From positions 12,690 to 76,689 of the forward strand of contig JADZAY010000009.1 of the NCBI GenBank assembly GCA_020852375.1: a stretch of DNA of 64,000 nt. The letters are read 5' to 3'. Position numbers and translations under genes: made by a program. Position 1 is the first letter of the stretch; each line of letters starts with the position of its first letter. Below are positions 18,928-27,936 of this stretch, piece after piece. The notes beneath the pieces are model-generated. The model ran no database searches. It saw nothing but the letters and a program-made list of their open reading frames with translations, and had not been told where the DNA came from. Source of the DNA: Candidatus Yanofskybacteria bacterium. GTDB lineage: Bacteria > Patescibacteriota > Minisyncoccia > 2-02-FULL-40-12 > GWA2-44-9.

Positions 18928-20670
18928 ATGGACGAATCCCTCTCGATCGCACAATCCATCGCACCGTCAGCGCTCCACATCACCCCGAACTACCTCCAGG
19001 TGGGGGACAAGTATGCGCGTACCATCGTGATCGCTTCGTACCCACGGTATTTGAACGCGAGTTGGCTCTCTCCGATCATCAATTTCGACAAGGTTCTCGA
19101 CATATCGATCTTCGTGAATCCGCAACAGACCTCCACAGTTCTCAAACAGTTGCGCGACAAGCTTGCACACGTCCAGGCCCAGATCATGGAGGAGGAGGCG
19201 GCTGGGAAGGTTCGGAACCCGGTACTCGAGACGGCCGCGCAAGACATCGAAGCGCTCCGCGATGAGCTTCAGCAGGGGACCGAACGCTTCTTCCAGGTTG
19301 GCCTCTATATCACCATCTACGAGAACAGCCCGCAGGAGCTGGACGAAACCGAAAAGACCATCCGCAGCATCCTCGACGGCCAGCTGGTCGTTGCCAAGCA
19401 GGCGACATTCCGTATGCTCGAGGGATTCCTGACCACATCGCCGCTCGCCGACGACCGCATTCAGGCGCTTACCGCACTCAACACGCAGCCGGTAGCATCG
19501 ATGTTCCCGTTCATATCGAGCGATCTTACCAGCGACTCCGGCATCTTGTATGGAGTGAACACGACGAACAATTCGCTCGTGCTCTTCGATCGCTTCTCGC
19601 TCGAGAACGCGAACACCGTGCTGTTCGCAAAGTCCGGTGCCGGAAAAAGCTACACCGTGAAGCTCGAGATCCTGCGTTCACTGATCATGGGGACGCAGAT
19701 CCTCGTCATCGACCCTGAGGACGAATATAAATATCTGAGCGACACGGTCGGCGGCACGAACGTGAAGATCTCGATCAACTCCGATCAGCACATCAATCCA
19801 TTCGACCTCCCGACACCAAAAGACGAGGAATCGTGGAGCGACGTGTTCAACTCACACATCCTTGGCCTCGCTGGCCTCATAAAACTGCTCATGGGAGGCC
19901 AGTTGTCACCGGAAGAGGAATCGATGATCGACCAGGCGCTCATCCAGACATACGCCCTGAAAGACATTACCCCCGATACCGACTTCTCGAATCTACCGCC
20001 GCCAGTGTTGAGCGACCTCCAAAGCATCCTCGAGGGGATGGCGGGGGCGGAACGCATGGCAACGCGCCTCAAGAAGTTCACCGAAGGAACATTCGCAGGA
20101 TTCCTCAACAATCCGACCAATGTTCCACTCGACAACCAGCTCGTCGTCTTCGGCATCAGAGACCTGGAAGACGAGCTTCGCCCGATCGCTATGTACTCGG
20201 TGCTCAACTACATCTGGACACAGGTGCGTCGCGAGCGGAAGAAGCGCATCCTCGTCGTCGATGAGGCCTGGTGGATCATGAAATTCCCGGTTGGAGCTGA
20301 CTTCTTGTTTAACATCGCGAAGCGCGGCCGAAAATATTACGTCGGACTCACCACGATCAGCCAGGACATCCCCGACTTCATGAGCGCGCCGCAAGGAAAG
20401 GCGATCGTGACGAACTCCTCCATTCAGGTGCTCATGAAGCAGTCTCCGGCGGCTATCGATATTATCCAGCAGACTTTCAACCTTACCGATTCGGAGAAAT
20501 ACTACCTCCTTGAAGCGCGCGTCGGGTTCGGGTTGTTCTTCCTCGGCGCAAACCATGTCGGGCTCCGGGTGCTCGCTTCCTACGCAGAAGACCAGATCAT
20601 CACCTCAGATCCGAAACAGCTCATCGAGATCGAAAAAGCAAAGCAAGAGTGGGCGAAGCTAAATACATAG
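18928..20670 (+). CDS. virB4: VirB4/TrbE/CagE-family type IV secretion ATPase (C-terminal and middle domains)
   Basis: Walker A FAKSGAGKSYT, Walker B ILVVDEAWWIM; 580 aa. Confidence 0.85.
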   Translation: MDESLSIAQSIAPSALHITPNYLQVGDKYARTIVIASYPRYLNASWLSPIINFDKVLDISIFVNPQQTSTVLKQLRDKLAHVQAQIMEEEAAGKVRNPVLETAAQDIEALRDELQQGTERFFQVGLYITIYENSPQELDETEKTIRSILDGQLVVAKQATFRMLEGFLTTSPLADDRIQALTALNTQPVASMFPFISSDLTSDSGILYGVNTTNNSLVLFDRFSLENANTVLFAKSGAGKSYTVKLEILRSLIMGTQILVIDPEDEYKYLSDTVGGTNVKISINSDQHINPFDLPTPKDEESWSDVFNSHILGLAGLIKLLMGGQLSPEEESMIDQALIQTYALKDITPDTDFSNLPPPVLSDLQSILEGMAGAERMATRLKKFTEGTFAGFLNNPTNVPLDNQLVVFGIRDLEDELRPIAMYSVLNYIWTQVRRERKKRILVVDEAWWIMKFPVGADFLFNIAKRGRKYYVGLTTISQDIPDFMSAPQGKAIVTNSSIQVLMKQSPAAIDIIQQTFNLTDSEKYYLLEARVGFGLFFLGANHVGLRVLASYAEDQIITSDPKQLIEIEKAKQEWAKLNT

Positions 20671-20671
20671 T

Positions 20672-21697
20672 ATGCCAGGAGAAGTATCGCCCCAAACACC
20701 AACAAACATCGTTCCACCGCCTCCGCAAAATGGTGGAGGTACACCGAAACCAGTCGATGGGGTCGGGGTGGGGGGCGCTATCGAGACGAGCGTAAACATT
20801 GCTGAGCGCCGTAAAGTCAAAAGAGATATCCGGGAAACGCGCCGCGTCTATGACATCGCAGCCGCCTCAGGAGCAACAACCCGAACCCGAGGAGCCAGAA
20901 CGGCGGGCGCCGTGCTTTCGTCGCCAGACCTTCCCCAAGAAGTCCGCGGACTCGCCGAGCGGCTCCGCTCGCTCATCTCTGACAACAAACGGAAAAGCGA
21001 AGATCGGACAAAGGAGTTCGACGCCATCCGCCGATCCATCAAGCGGTCGTTCATCGGTATCACCGGACTCGCACTGTATATCGCAATCTCCGCCGACATC
21101 CTCAGCATCTTTGACGCGGGGTGGATCATCTCGTGGGCAATTCCGATCGTGCTATTCTTCGTGGCTCGCCGCATCGGAGCGATCAATAAAGGAGCTGAGC
21201 GCGCGCAAAAGGCGTACGCAGCAACCCTCCGGGAGCTTCAGCTCATCAACCAACGCCTCGGCACCATCCCTGGGCAGCAACAGCGGCCCGTCCTTGCCGG
21301 TCTTACTGAACAGCTTCAGGGAAAAGTCGGTCAGTACATGACCCGGTTCGTCCTCGAAACCGCTGGCATACAAGGATTCGAGCTCATACCGATCCTGGAC
21401 TGGCTTCCCGCATACACCGGCGGAGTTGTGAAGGTAGCCATCGACCAGTACAACGCGTACCAAAAAGCTCAGCGCATGCTCCCGCCGCTTCAGGAGGCGT
21501 TCGCTCGCCTCGAACAGCTCGAGACGGAAGAAGTTGCGGCGCTCGAAGCGCAGCTCAGTGAAGCGCTTGCGTTGTATCAGCCGGAATTCACCGAGCGGTT
21601 TTATGTATCAGAAGAGGCCCCCCGTATCATGGATATAACCCGACCCTCGACGCGACCGCTCGAAGCGCCGTTGCTCGTACCCGAACCCGCACTATGA
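20672..21697 (+). CDS. membrane protein, hypothetical (T4SS-like operon)
   Basis: Pro-rich N-terminus, central TM pair, coiled-coil C-terminus. Coupled to VirB4. Confidence 0.5.
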   Translation: MPGEVSPQTPTNIVPPPPQNGGGTPKPVDGVGVGGAIETSVNIAERRKVKRDIRETRRVYDIAAASGATTRTRGARTAGAVLSSPDLPQEVRGLAERLRSLISDNKRKSEDRTKEFDAIRRSIKRSFIGITGLALYIAISADILSIFDAGWIISWAIPIVLFFVARRIGAINKGAERAQKAYAATLRELQLINQRLGTIPGQQQRPVLAGLTEQLQGKVGQYMTRFVLETAGIQGFELIPILDWLPAYTGGVVKVAIDQYNAYQKAQRMLPPLQEAFARLEQLETEEVAALEAQLSEALALYQPEFTERFYVSEEAPRIMDITRPSTRPLEAPLLVPEPAL

Positions 21698-22851
21698 AAC
21701 CCTTCCGCGCAAACCTGAATTTTGTCCACGAACGACGCATTGCCTCAGCCGGAGTTGTGATCGGCGCGCTTGTGGCAACCGTCGTCGTCACGGCGTTCGT
21801 GTGGAGCGGAGTAGCTCCGCGTTCTCGACAGACAGCATCGATTGCAAACATCCCGGCAGATACAACACCTCCGCAAACTTTGTCACCGAAGGCTGTTCGA
21901 GTTGCTCCAGAGCCTATCAGCGAACACGCTGTCAGCTCTGTGGCCCACAGTCGAACGCCCGATACCGTCCGCTACTACGAGCAAGAGACTGGGCGTGCGT
22001 TCCAAGTCGACCTCCGCACACTCAAGACGGAAACCCTTTCGGATCGCAAGCTCCCCGGATTCATTCAGTCGTTCTGGGTCCCGAATGCAGATGCGGTAGT
22101 CTCGTTGTTCGATGAAGCGGGGAGCAAAAAGTACCGCTACTATGACTACCAGACACGAACCGCAAAAACGATTGGGTCTGCTGTATCGACGCTCGCCGTC
22201 TCTCCAAGCGGACGCCGCATCGCGTTTATCGATACGACTGGTGAATATCAAGCTCTCTATATCGGCGACACTGATGGAACCGCGGTCCGCAAGGTATTCG
22301 ATACTCGCGCGCAGCACGTCGCTCTCTCGTGGCCCCGCGAAGACGCCTTGGTGCTCACCTCACGCAGGCCGGACCGCGCTGGAACGGATATGTCGGTCAT
22401 CGGACTGAACGGCGAGCTTCGTGTCCTCATGTCGAACCGCGAAAACCTGGAGTACACATGGTCGCCAGATGGGTCGAACCTCCTCTTCTCGTACTTCTTT
22501 CCAGGGAGGGGGATTACACTATGGTATCGCTCTCTCGATAGCGCCCTTGAGATTCCCGTCCCGCTCGCCACGAGCGCTTGGAAGTGCGCCTGGCACAACT
22601 CCAACGAAAAGATCACATGCGGCGTCCCAACCACAACGCTCTCGCGAGATGTGGCGTCCGACAAAACCGCAACGATCGACACCATCGCGACCATCGATCT
22701 TCGCAGCGGGAAGGTCTCGAATCTTTACACTGGCAGTCGGGAGCCCCTCATCGGGGTCATAAATCCCTCAATCTCATCATCGCAACGATACTTCGTCTTC
22801 ACAAACCTCTTCGACCGGCGGCTGATGGAGCTCGAGTTGCCCGCGTATTAG
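21694..22851 (+). CDS. membrane-anchored beta-propeller (TolB-like) protein, hypothetical
   Basis: N-terminal TM helix followed by a WD40/TolB-like repeat pattern. Last gene of the operon. Confidence 0.5.
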   Translation: MKPFRANLNFVHERRIASAGVVIGALVATVVVTAFVWSGVAPRSRQTASIANIPADTTPPQTLSPKAVRVAPEPISEHAVSSVAHSRTPDTVRYYEQETGRAFQVDLRTLKTETLSDRKLPGFIQSFWVPNADAVVSLFDEAGSKKYRYYDYQTRTAKTIGSAVSTLAVSPSGRRIAFIDTTGEYQALYIGDTDGTAVRKVFDTRAQHVALSWPREDALVLTSRRPDRAGTDMSVIGLNGELRVLMSNRENLEYTWSPDGSNLLFSYFFPGRGITLWYRSLDSALEIPVPLATSAWKCAWHNSNEKITCGVPTTTLSRDVASDKTATIDTIATIDLRSGKVSNLYTGSREPLIGVINPSISSSQRYFVFTNLFDRRLMELELPAY

Positions 22852-23306
22852 AGCGGCTTAATGACGACTCGGCGGTGCGGCTCCTGGCCGACACTTTCCG
22901 TGGTGAGATCGCTATACGAAGCGAGTTCTGTGTGCACGATTCTGCGCTCGTACGGACTCATCGGGTTGAGCGCTTCCGACTTCCCGGTGACGCGGACGCG
23001 TTCGGCAGTATTCCGCACGTGCGCGACAAGCTCCTGGGCGCGCTCAGCATGATAGTCGTTCACATCAACAGTGATCGCTCGCTGTTCGGGGTATTTCCGC
23101 ATCCACATCATCCGAATAATATGCTCGAGAGCCTTTAGATTTTGGCCGCCCTTCCCAATAAGAAGCCGCCCGTGCTCATCGGAACGCACCGAGACGCAAA
23201 TAGGACCGCTCTCCGGAGTGGAGACCGCCACATCGCAGGGGATCTGCAAATACTCCGTGAGCTCTTTCACGAGAGTTGTGAGACCTTCGGCATCGATGTT
23301 TTGCAT
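22848..23306 (-). CDS. jag: Jag/KhpB RNA-binding protein (KH + R3H domains)
   Basis: LIGKGGQNLKALEHI (KH) and NPMSPYERRIVH (R3H). Sits downstream of yidC in the conserved operon. Confidence 0.8.
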   Translation of the reverse strand: MQNIDAEGLTTLVKELTEYLQIPCDVAVSTPESGPICVSVRSDEHGRLLIGKGGQNLKALEHIIRMMWMRKYPEQRAITVDVNDYHAERAQELVAHVRNTAERVRVTGKSEALNPMSPYERRIVHTELASYSDLTTESVGQEPHRRVVIKPL

Positions 23307-23320
23307 GGTGACAGTATGGA

Positions 23321-23992
23321 TTATCGCCGCTTCAAATACAACTGTTCTCCGATAGACCACGCGGTAGTAACAACCCAATACAGTGCGAGACCGGCTGGGA
23401 GGCTCCAGCTCACCACAACAATGATGATCGGCAACAGGTACATCATTTGCTGGTTCATGGCGGCGGCCTGCCCGGATGCCGCTTGTCCTCCCATGGAGAC
23501 ACGCGCTTGTATGAATTGCATCGCTCCGGCAACAATGGCAAGTACGGGGCTCCGTTTACTGATATCGAACACGCCCAGCATGATGTGGTTCACCGTTCCT
23601 GGATCGGGGACGAATCGATAGAGGAGGTCGAGAGTCTCCGGCTTGAAGATGTTCAAAAAGACCCGATACACCCCAAACAGGACGGGGAGTTGCAGTACAA
23701 GCGGCAGACATCCGGCTAGCGGATTCACTCCTTTTTCTTTGTACAGCGCCATCACTGCCTCCGATTGTGCCTGCGTATTCCCTTTATGCTTCTCTTTAAT
23801 GGCCTCGATCTCCGGGGCAAGCTCGGCCATCCCACGCTGGGACCGAGCGGTCTTCAGAGAGAGCGGGGAGAGGGCTGCCCGGATAAGGATGGTCATCGCA
23901 ACAATGGCGACCCCGAGATCGGCAAATGCGACCGTTCCATAGAGGTACATCGTCAAATTCAGAATCGGTCGGTAGATGATCTCGGTAAACAT
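23321..23992 (-). CDS. yidC: membrane protein insertase YidC/Oxa1 family
   Basis: Conserved LYKEKGVNPLAGCLP and LLPIIIV..SWSLPAGLALYW motifs. Start uncertain (24046 or 23992). Confidence 0.85.
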   Translation of the reverse strand: MFTEIIYRPILNLTMYLYGTVAFADLGVAIVAMTILIRAALSPLSLKTARSQRGMAELAPEIEAIKEKHKGNTQAQSEAVMALYKEKGVNPLAGCLPLVLQLPVLFGVYRVFLNIFKPETLDLLYRFVPDPGTVNHIMLGVFDISKRSPVLAIVAGAMQFIQARVSMGGQAASGQAAAMNQQMMYLLPIIIVVVSWSLPAGLALYWVVTTAWSIGEQLYLKRR

Positions 23993-24006
23993 GCGAGGAG
24001 GGGTGA

Positions 24007-24237
24007 TTAGCGGAGTGTGGCGTGACGTATTGCGAACGGGTTGCACTTCAAAAAGCGAAGCGTTGCGACAGCAGCTCCTCGCAGAACCCCGCGTTCACTG
24101 ATCGCCCGGATCGCATAGTCAGAGCACGTAGGCCATGAACGACATCCAGAGACGGGGAGCGCGAACGGTGAGGCGCTCAGTAGGTGTCTCCCGAACCGCT
24201 GATACATTCGGATACCCTGAATGATGAGCCGCTTCAT
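24007..24237 (-). CDS. yidD: membrane protein insertion efficiency factor YidD
   Basis: YQRFGRHLLSASPFALPVSGCRSWPTCSDYAIRAI is typical of YidD. Confidence 0.85.
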   Translation of the reverse strand: MKRLIIQGIRMYQRFGRHLLSASPFALPVSGCRSWPTCSDYAIRAISERGVLRGAAVATLRFLKCNPFAIRHATLR

Positions 24238-24587
24238 CGGACTAGGATAGCAGATTTTTGGAGGAGCGACACCACCTCAGCATGAAGAGTTGCCGCGTTG
24301 GGGAGGGGGAGTTTTTTCACTGAGAACACCGCGATGGAGCCGTCCGGGATATCGCGCCGACTCACCACCCGACGGACCACCTCCGAGACGCTTCTACGAA
24401 CCGCGTTTCGAAGCACCGCTTTCGGGGCGAGTTTTACCGATACAGTCACTCCGAAGCGCGTGTTCTGTGATTCGCGTATGCGTCGTACTCTCAGCGCGAG
24501 ATGCTCCGATGAGATTGGGCGCACTTCTTTGAATACTGTTGCGTACTGCTTTGCTCCGGTGAGTCGATGTTTTGAGGGTATCGCCAT
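24234..24587 (-). CDS. rnpA: ribonuclease P protein component
   Basis: 117 aa, basic; RLTGAKQYATVF...RNAVRR motif. Between rpmH and yidD. Confidence 0.85.
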   Translation of the reverse strand: MAIPSKHRLTGAKQYATVFKEVRPISSEHLALRVRRIRESQNTRFGVTVSVKLAPKAVLRNAVRRSVSEVVRRVVSRRDIPDGSIAVFSVKKLPLPNAATLHAEVVSLLQKSAILVR

Positions 24588-24600
24588 TACACGCTACAAA

Positions 24601-24631
24601 TATCCGCCCCGACGGATCGCCGGGGCGGATA
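24601..24631. terminator. hairpin terminator after rpmH
   Basis: TATCCGCCCCG-acggatcgc-CGGGGCGGATA. Confidence 0.5.
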
Positions 24632-24634
24632 TGT

Positions 24635-24772
24635 TTAGACAGTCAGCTTTGCCCGTCCCTTGCTCCTCCGACGAGCGAGGACCTTTCTCCCGGATTTTGT
24701 CTTCGTTCGAGAGAGGAATCCGTGCTTCCGACTTCGTTTTGCTTTCTTGGGACGATAGCGAGTTATTTTCAT
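24635..24772 (-). CDS. rpmH: 50S ribosomal protein L34
   Basis: Hand translation gives [45 protein letters not shown]. Not in the ORF track because it is shorter than 60 aa. Confidence 0.9.
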   Translation of the reverse strand: MKITRYRPKKAKRSRKHGFLSRTKTKSGRKVLARRRSKGRAKLTV

Positions 24773-24936
24773 AATAGGGGTTCGCCGGTGGCGCGCACAC
24801 GACGTTCATTCATACGGAGTTTACTATGTTTGATTGTGCAAGTCAATATTTACCCGTTTTTTCCACTTGTTATAAACACTCTATCAACGTTTTTGCGATT
24901 TCTCCCTTCTTGAGCGAGGTGCGCTGAACGGTATAC

Positions 24937-26334
24937 TTGCGGCACATGTCATCCATTCCTCCGGAAGATATTTGGAAAGCAGTGTTGGGAGAAATGGAGC
25001 TTTCTCTTTCTCGCGCGCATTTTACGACGTGGTTCAAGAACACGTCGATCGTCTCTCGTGATTCAAATTCGGTAACGGTGAGTGTTCCGAATGGTTTCGT
25101 AAAGGAATGGCTTGAGAATAAGTTCAACCGCCAAATCCTCGCTTCCGTCCGAAAGCTTTGCAATGAGATTCGAGAGGTCCGCTATATCGTCGGACAACCG
25201 AAACCAGAACCGGCACGCCAGGACATCTCTAAAATCATTATTGAGAAAGAATTCCAGGAACAGTCGGCTGTCGATCAAAGCCAAGAAATCGATAAGGTTA
25301 CCCATCTGAACAAGAAGTACTCCTTCGATTCATTCATCGTCGGCTCATCGAATGAGCTTGCCTTTGCGTGTGCCCAGTCGGTTGCCGCGAATCCTGGGAA
25401 AAACTACAACCCGCTCTTTATTTATGGTGGAGTTGGCCTAGGAAAGACGCATTTGATCCAATCCATCGGAAACAAGCTCCTCACCGATGTCCCTGAACGG
25501 AAGGTGTTGTACACATCGGGTGAGAAACTCACATCGATTATTGTGGAAGCGATCCGAAATCGAACTATCGAAGATATCAAATCGGTGTACTCCCGCCTCG
25601 ATCTCCTTGTTATTGATGACATCCAATTCATAGCCGGAAAAGACAAGACCCAAGAAGTCGTGTTCACGATCTTCAACGAGCTTCACAACCACAACAAACA
25701 GGTTGTGTGCACATCGGATCGGCCCCCGAAAGCGATCCCTGCCATCGAAGAGCGTCTTCAGTCTCGCCTCGAAGGGGGAATGTTGGTTGATATCAATATG
25801 CCCGATTTTGAAACGCGATTGGCGATTTTGAAACAAAAATCAGTTGAGCGGTCCTCACCGCTTACCGATGAAGTCCTTTCATATATAGCAACCCATATCC
25901 AAAAAAATGTTCGCGAACTCGAGGGGGCTCTTAATCGAGTGATCGCCCTGGCGCAGATCTACAACCGTCCGCCAGACCTTAAAGAGGTGAAAAACATCCT
26001 CACCGCATACTTGTCGGTTCCGTACCGAAAAACATCCCCGCAGGCTATTTTGAAAACGGTCGCCGATTTCTACAATATTTCTTCAGCCGACCTTACGAAG
26101 CGGAGTCGAAAGAAAGAGGTTGTAAAGCCGCGGCAAGTCGCCATGTTCCTTTTGCGAGAAGAAATAAAGCTTTCTTTCCCGGAAATCGGACAGAAGCTTG
26201 GTGGCCGCGACCACTCGACAGTCATCCACGCATGCGAAAAGATAAAGAAAGAAGAGGGAATCGACGAGCCACTCAAGAACGAGCTCACTATGATCCGCCA
26301 GCGTATTTACGACTCTTTCGAGCACTCGGGATAG
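24937..26334 (+). CDS. dnaA: chromosomal replication initiator protein DnaA
   Basis: AAA+ motifs [16 protein letters not shown] and [10 protein letters not shown]-terminal DNA-binding domain. Confidence 0.95.
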   Translation: MRHMSSIPPEDIWKAVLGEMELSLSRAHFTTWFKNTSIVSRDSNSVTVSVPNGFVKEWLENKFNRQILASVRKLCNEIREVRYIVGQPKPEPARQDISKIIIEKEFQEQSAVDQSQEIDKVTHLNKKYSFDSFIVGSSNELAFACAQSVAANPGKNYNPLFIYGGVGLGKTHLIQSIGNKLLTDVPERKVLYTSGEKLTSIIVEAIRNRTIEDIKSVYSRLDLLVIDDIQFIAGKDKTQEVVFTIFNELHNHNKQVVCTSDRPPKAIPAIEERLQSRLEGGMLVDINMPDFETRLAILKQKSVERSSPLTDEVLSYIATHIQKNVRELEGALNRVIALAQIYNRPPDLKEVKNILTAYLSVPYRKTSPQAILKTVADFYNISSADLTKRSRKKEVVKPRQVAMFLLREEIKLSFPEIGQKLGGRDHSTVIHACEKIKKEEGIDEPLKNELTMIRQRIYDSFEHSG

Positions 26335-26564
26335 GTTGTTGAAAACCCTGTGGATGACCTTTGTGTGCGCTGTGGGTGAAATGTGTGAATTATTCCCGCC
26401 TCCGGAAACGACCCACAAACACACCCGGGAAATAAGGTTCCCGTCCACATTCGGAATCCTTGGTTTCTCCGCGAAAGGAAAGAGAAATAGCGAGCTCCAT
26501 CCCCATATCAACACCCATAATAAGATATAGTAATATAAGTTAGATTATAGAGCAGAAAAACACT
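26335..26564. promoter_or_regulatory. candidate oriC: DnaA-box-like motifs plus AT-rich unwinding region in the dnaA-dnaN spacer
   Basis: TGTGGATGA 26349-26357, TGTGGGTGA 26371-26379, TGTGTGAAT 26382-26390, GTCCACATT about 26443-26451. The run ATAATAAGATATAGTAATATAAGTTAGATTATAG 26517-26550 is nearly pure AT. Confidence 0.5.
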
Positions 26565-27659
26565 ATGAAGATCACGGTCCATAAAGAACGCTTCGCACGG
26601 GCCCTCGGGTTTGTTGAGCGGATAACCTCTCGAAATTCTTCTCTTCCGATCCTTAATAATGTTCTCTTAAAAACAGAACATGGGAGATTAAAGGTTTCCG
26701 CAACAAATCTCGAGATCGGTGTAACATCGGTTATCGGGGCGAGCGTTGAGCGTGAGGGTCAGATCGCTGTCCCCGGGAAGACGATCGCCGATTTTGTGCG
26801 AAGTGTGCCCGGAGAGACTCTTGATATCAATGTCGATCAGCATACGCTTTCTGCAAGCTCAGGGTCTTACCAGACATCGATTCTTTGTTTTGACCCGGCA
26901 GAGTATCCAATCATCCCAAAGATAGATGGAGGGGAGCAGTTTGTTGTTTCAGTCGAGACTCTCCAGCGGCTTATCGATACCGTGAGCGACTCCATCGCAA
27001 CATCGGATTCACGCCCCGAACTCTCTGGTGCGCTCCTTCGCTTTGATACCGGTATCGTTTCGATGGCGGCGACCGACATCTTTCGTCTTGCAGAACAACG
27101 AGAGGATGGTGAATTTTCGTCCTCTGGTGCCGCTATTGTGCCCCGTGGGACGATATACGAGCTTAGAAGGGTTCTCGGTGGTCTTTCGGGAGATATTACC
27201 GTTCACCTAACAGATAACCAGATCGCATTCGTCCACGAAGACTGCGAGATCGTTTCTCGTCTTATCGATGGGAAGTATCCTGATTATAAAAAAATAATCC
27301 CGGAACGAGCAAACGCTCGCGTGCTTGTCCGGAGAGAAGAAATAGAGAATGCGGTAAAAACAGCAGCTCTCTTTTCCTCAAGCATCTCGGACATCAAGCT
27401 CGAGTGCTCCGGTGCGGAGCTGAAGATCACCGGGAAGAACTCGAATAAAGGGGAAGCGTATGCAGGAGTAGAGGCGAATTTAAAGGGTGATCCGTTCGAT
27501 GTTTCGATGAACTATCATTACCTTCTTGATGGTTTGCGGGCTGTGCCAACGGAAAAAATCATCCTAGAGTTTACCGGCAAAGGAAGCCCATTTGTCCTTC
27601 GGCCGCACAGTGACGATCCTCGGACGGTGTATTTGATCATGCCTCTCCGGAGTTCCTAA
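26565..27659 (+). CDS. dnaN: DNA polymerase III subunit beta (sliding clamp)
   Basis: 364 aa; MKITVHKERFARALGFVERI...NLEIGVTS is typical of DnaN. Confidence 0.95.
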   Translation: MKITVHKERFARALGFVERITSRNSSLPILNNVLLKTEHGRLKVSATNLEIGVTSVIGASVEREGQIAVPGKTIADFVRSVPGETLDINVDQHTLSASSGSYQTSILCFDPAEYPIIPKIDGGEQFVVSVETLQRLIDTVSDSIATSDSRPELSGALLRFDTGIVSMAATDIFRLAEQREDGEFSSSGAAIVPRGTIYELRRVLGGLSGDITVHLTDNQIAFVHEDCEIVSRLIDGKYPDYKKIIPERANARVLVRREEIENAVKTAALFSSSISDIKLECSGAELKITGKNSNKGEAYAGVEANLKGDPFDVSMNYHYLLDGLRAVPTEKIILEFTGKGSPFVLRPHSDDPRTVYLIMPLRSS

Positions 27660-27660
27660 G

Positions 27661-27936
27661 ATGCTGAAACCGATCCAAGCGGCCCTTGCTCAGCGTCACG
27701 CAACACTCCAACAGAACGAGCACACCACCGCAAAGGCGCAGCGGTGTGTTCGCGAGTTTGTGCAGGAACGCTACCCGAAAGCGGTTGTTGAGGTCCTCTA
27801 CCAAGAGCGGCAACGGTGTGTCGTTGTGAAAGCGCGAGGAAAGGCTTTGGCAGGAGAGTTACTCCTCCAAGCGATTGATCTCCGTGCGCACCTTCGCACT
27901 CACGGGGTGCGGGTCGAGCGGGTTATTATTCAGTAG
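27661..27936 (+). CDS. DUF721/DciA-like protein
   Basis: 91 aa immediately after dnaN. C-terminal pattern VVVKARGKALAGELLLQAIDLRAHLRTHGVRVERVII resembles the DUF721 consensus. Confidence 0.45.
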   Translation: MLKPIQAALAQRHATLQQNEHTTAKAQRCVREFVQERYPKAVVEVLYQERQRCVVVKARGKALAGELLLQAIDLRAHLRTHGVRVERVIIQ

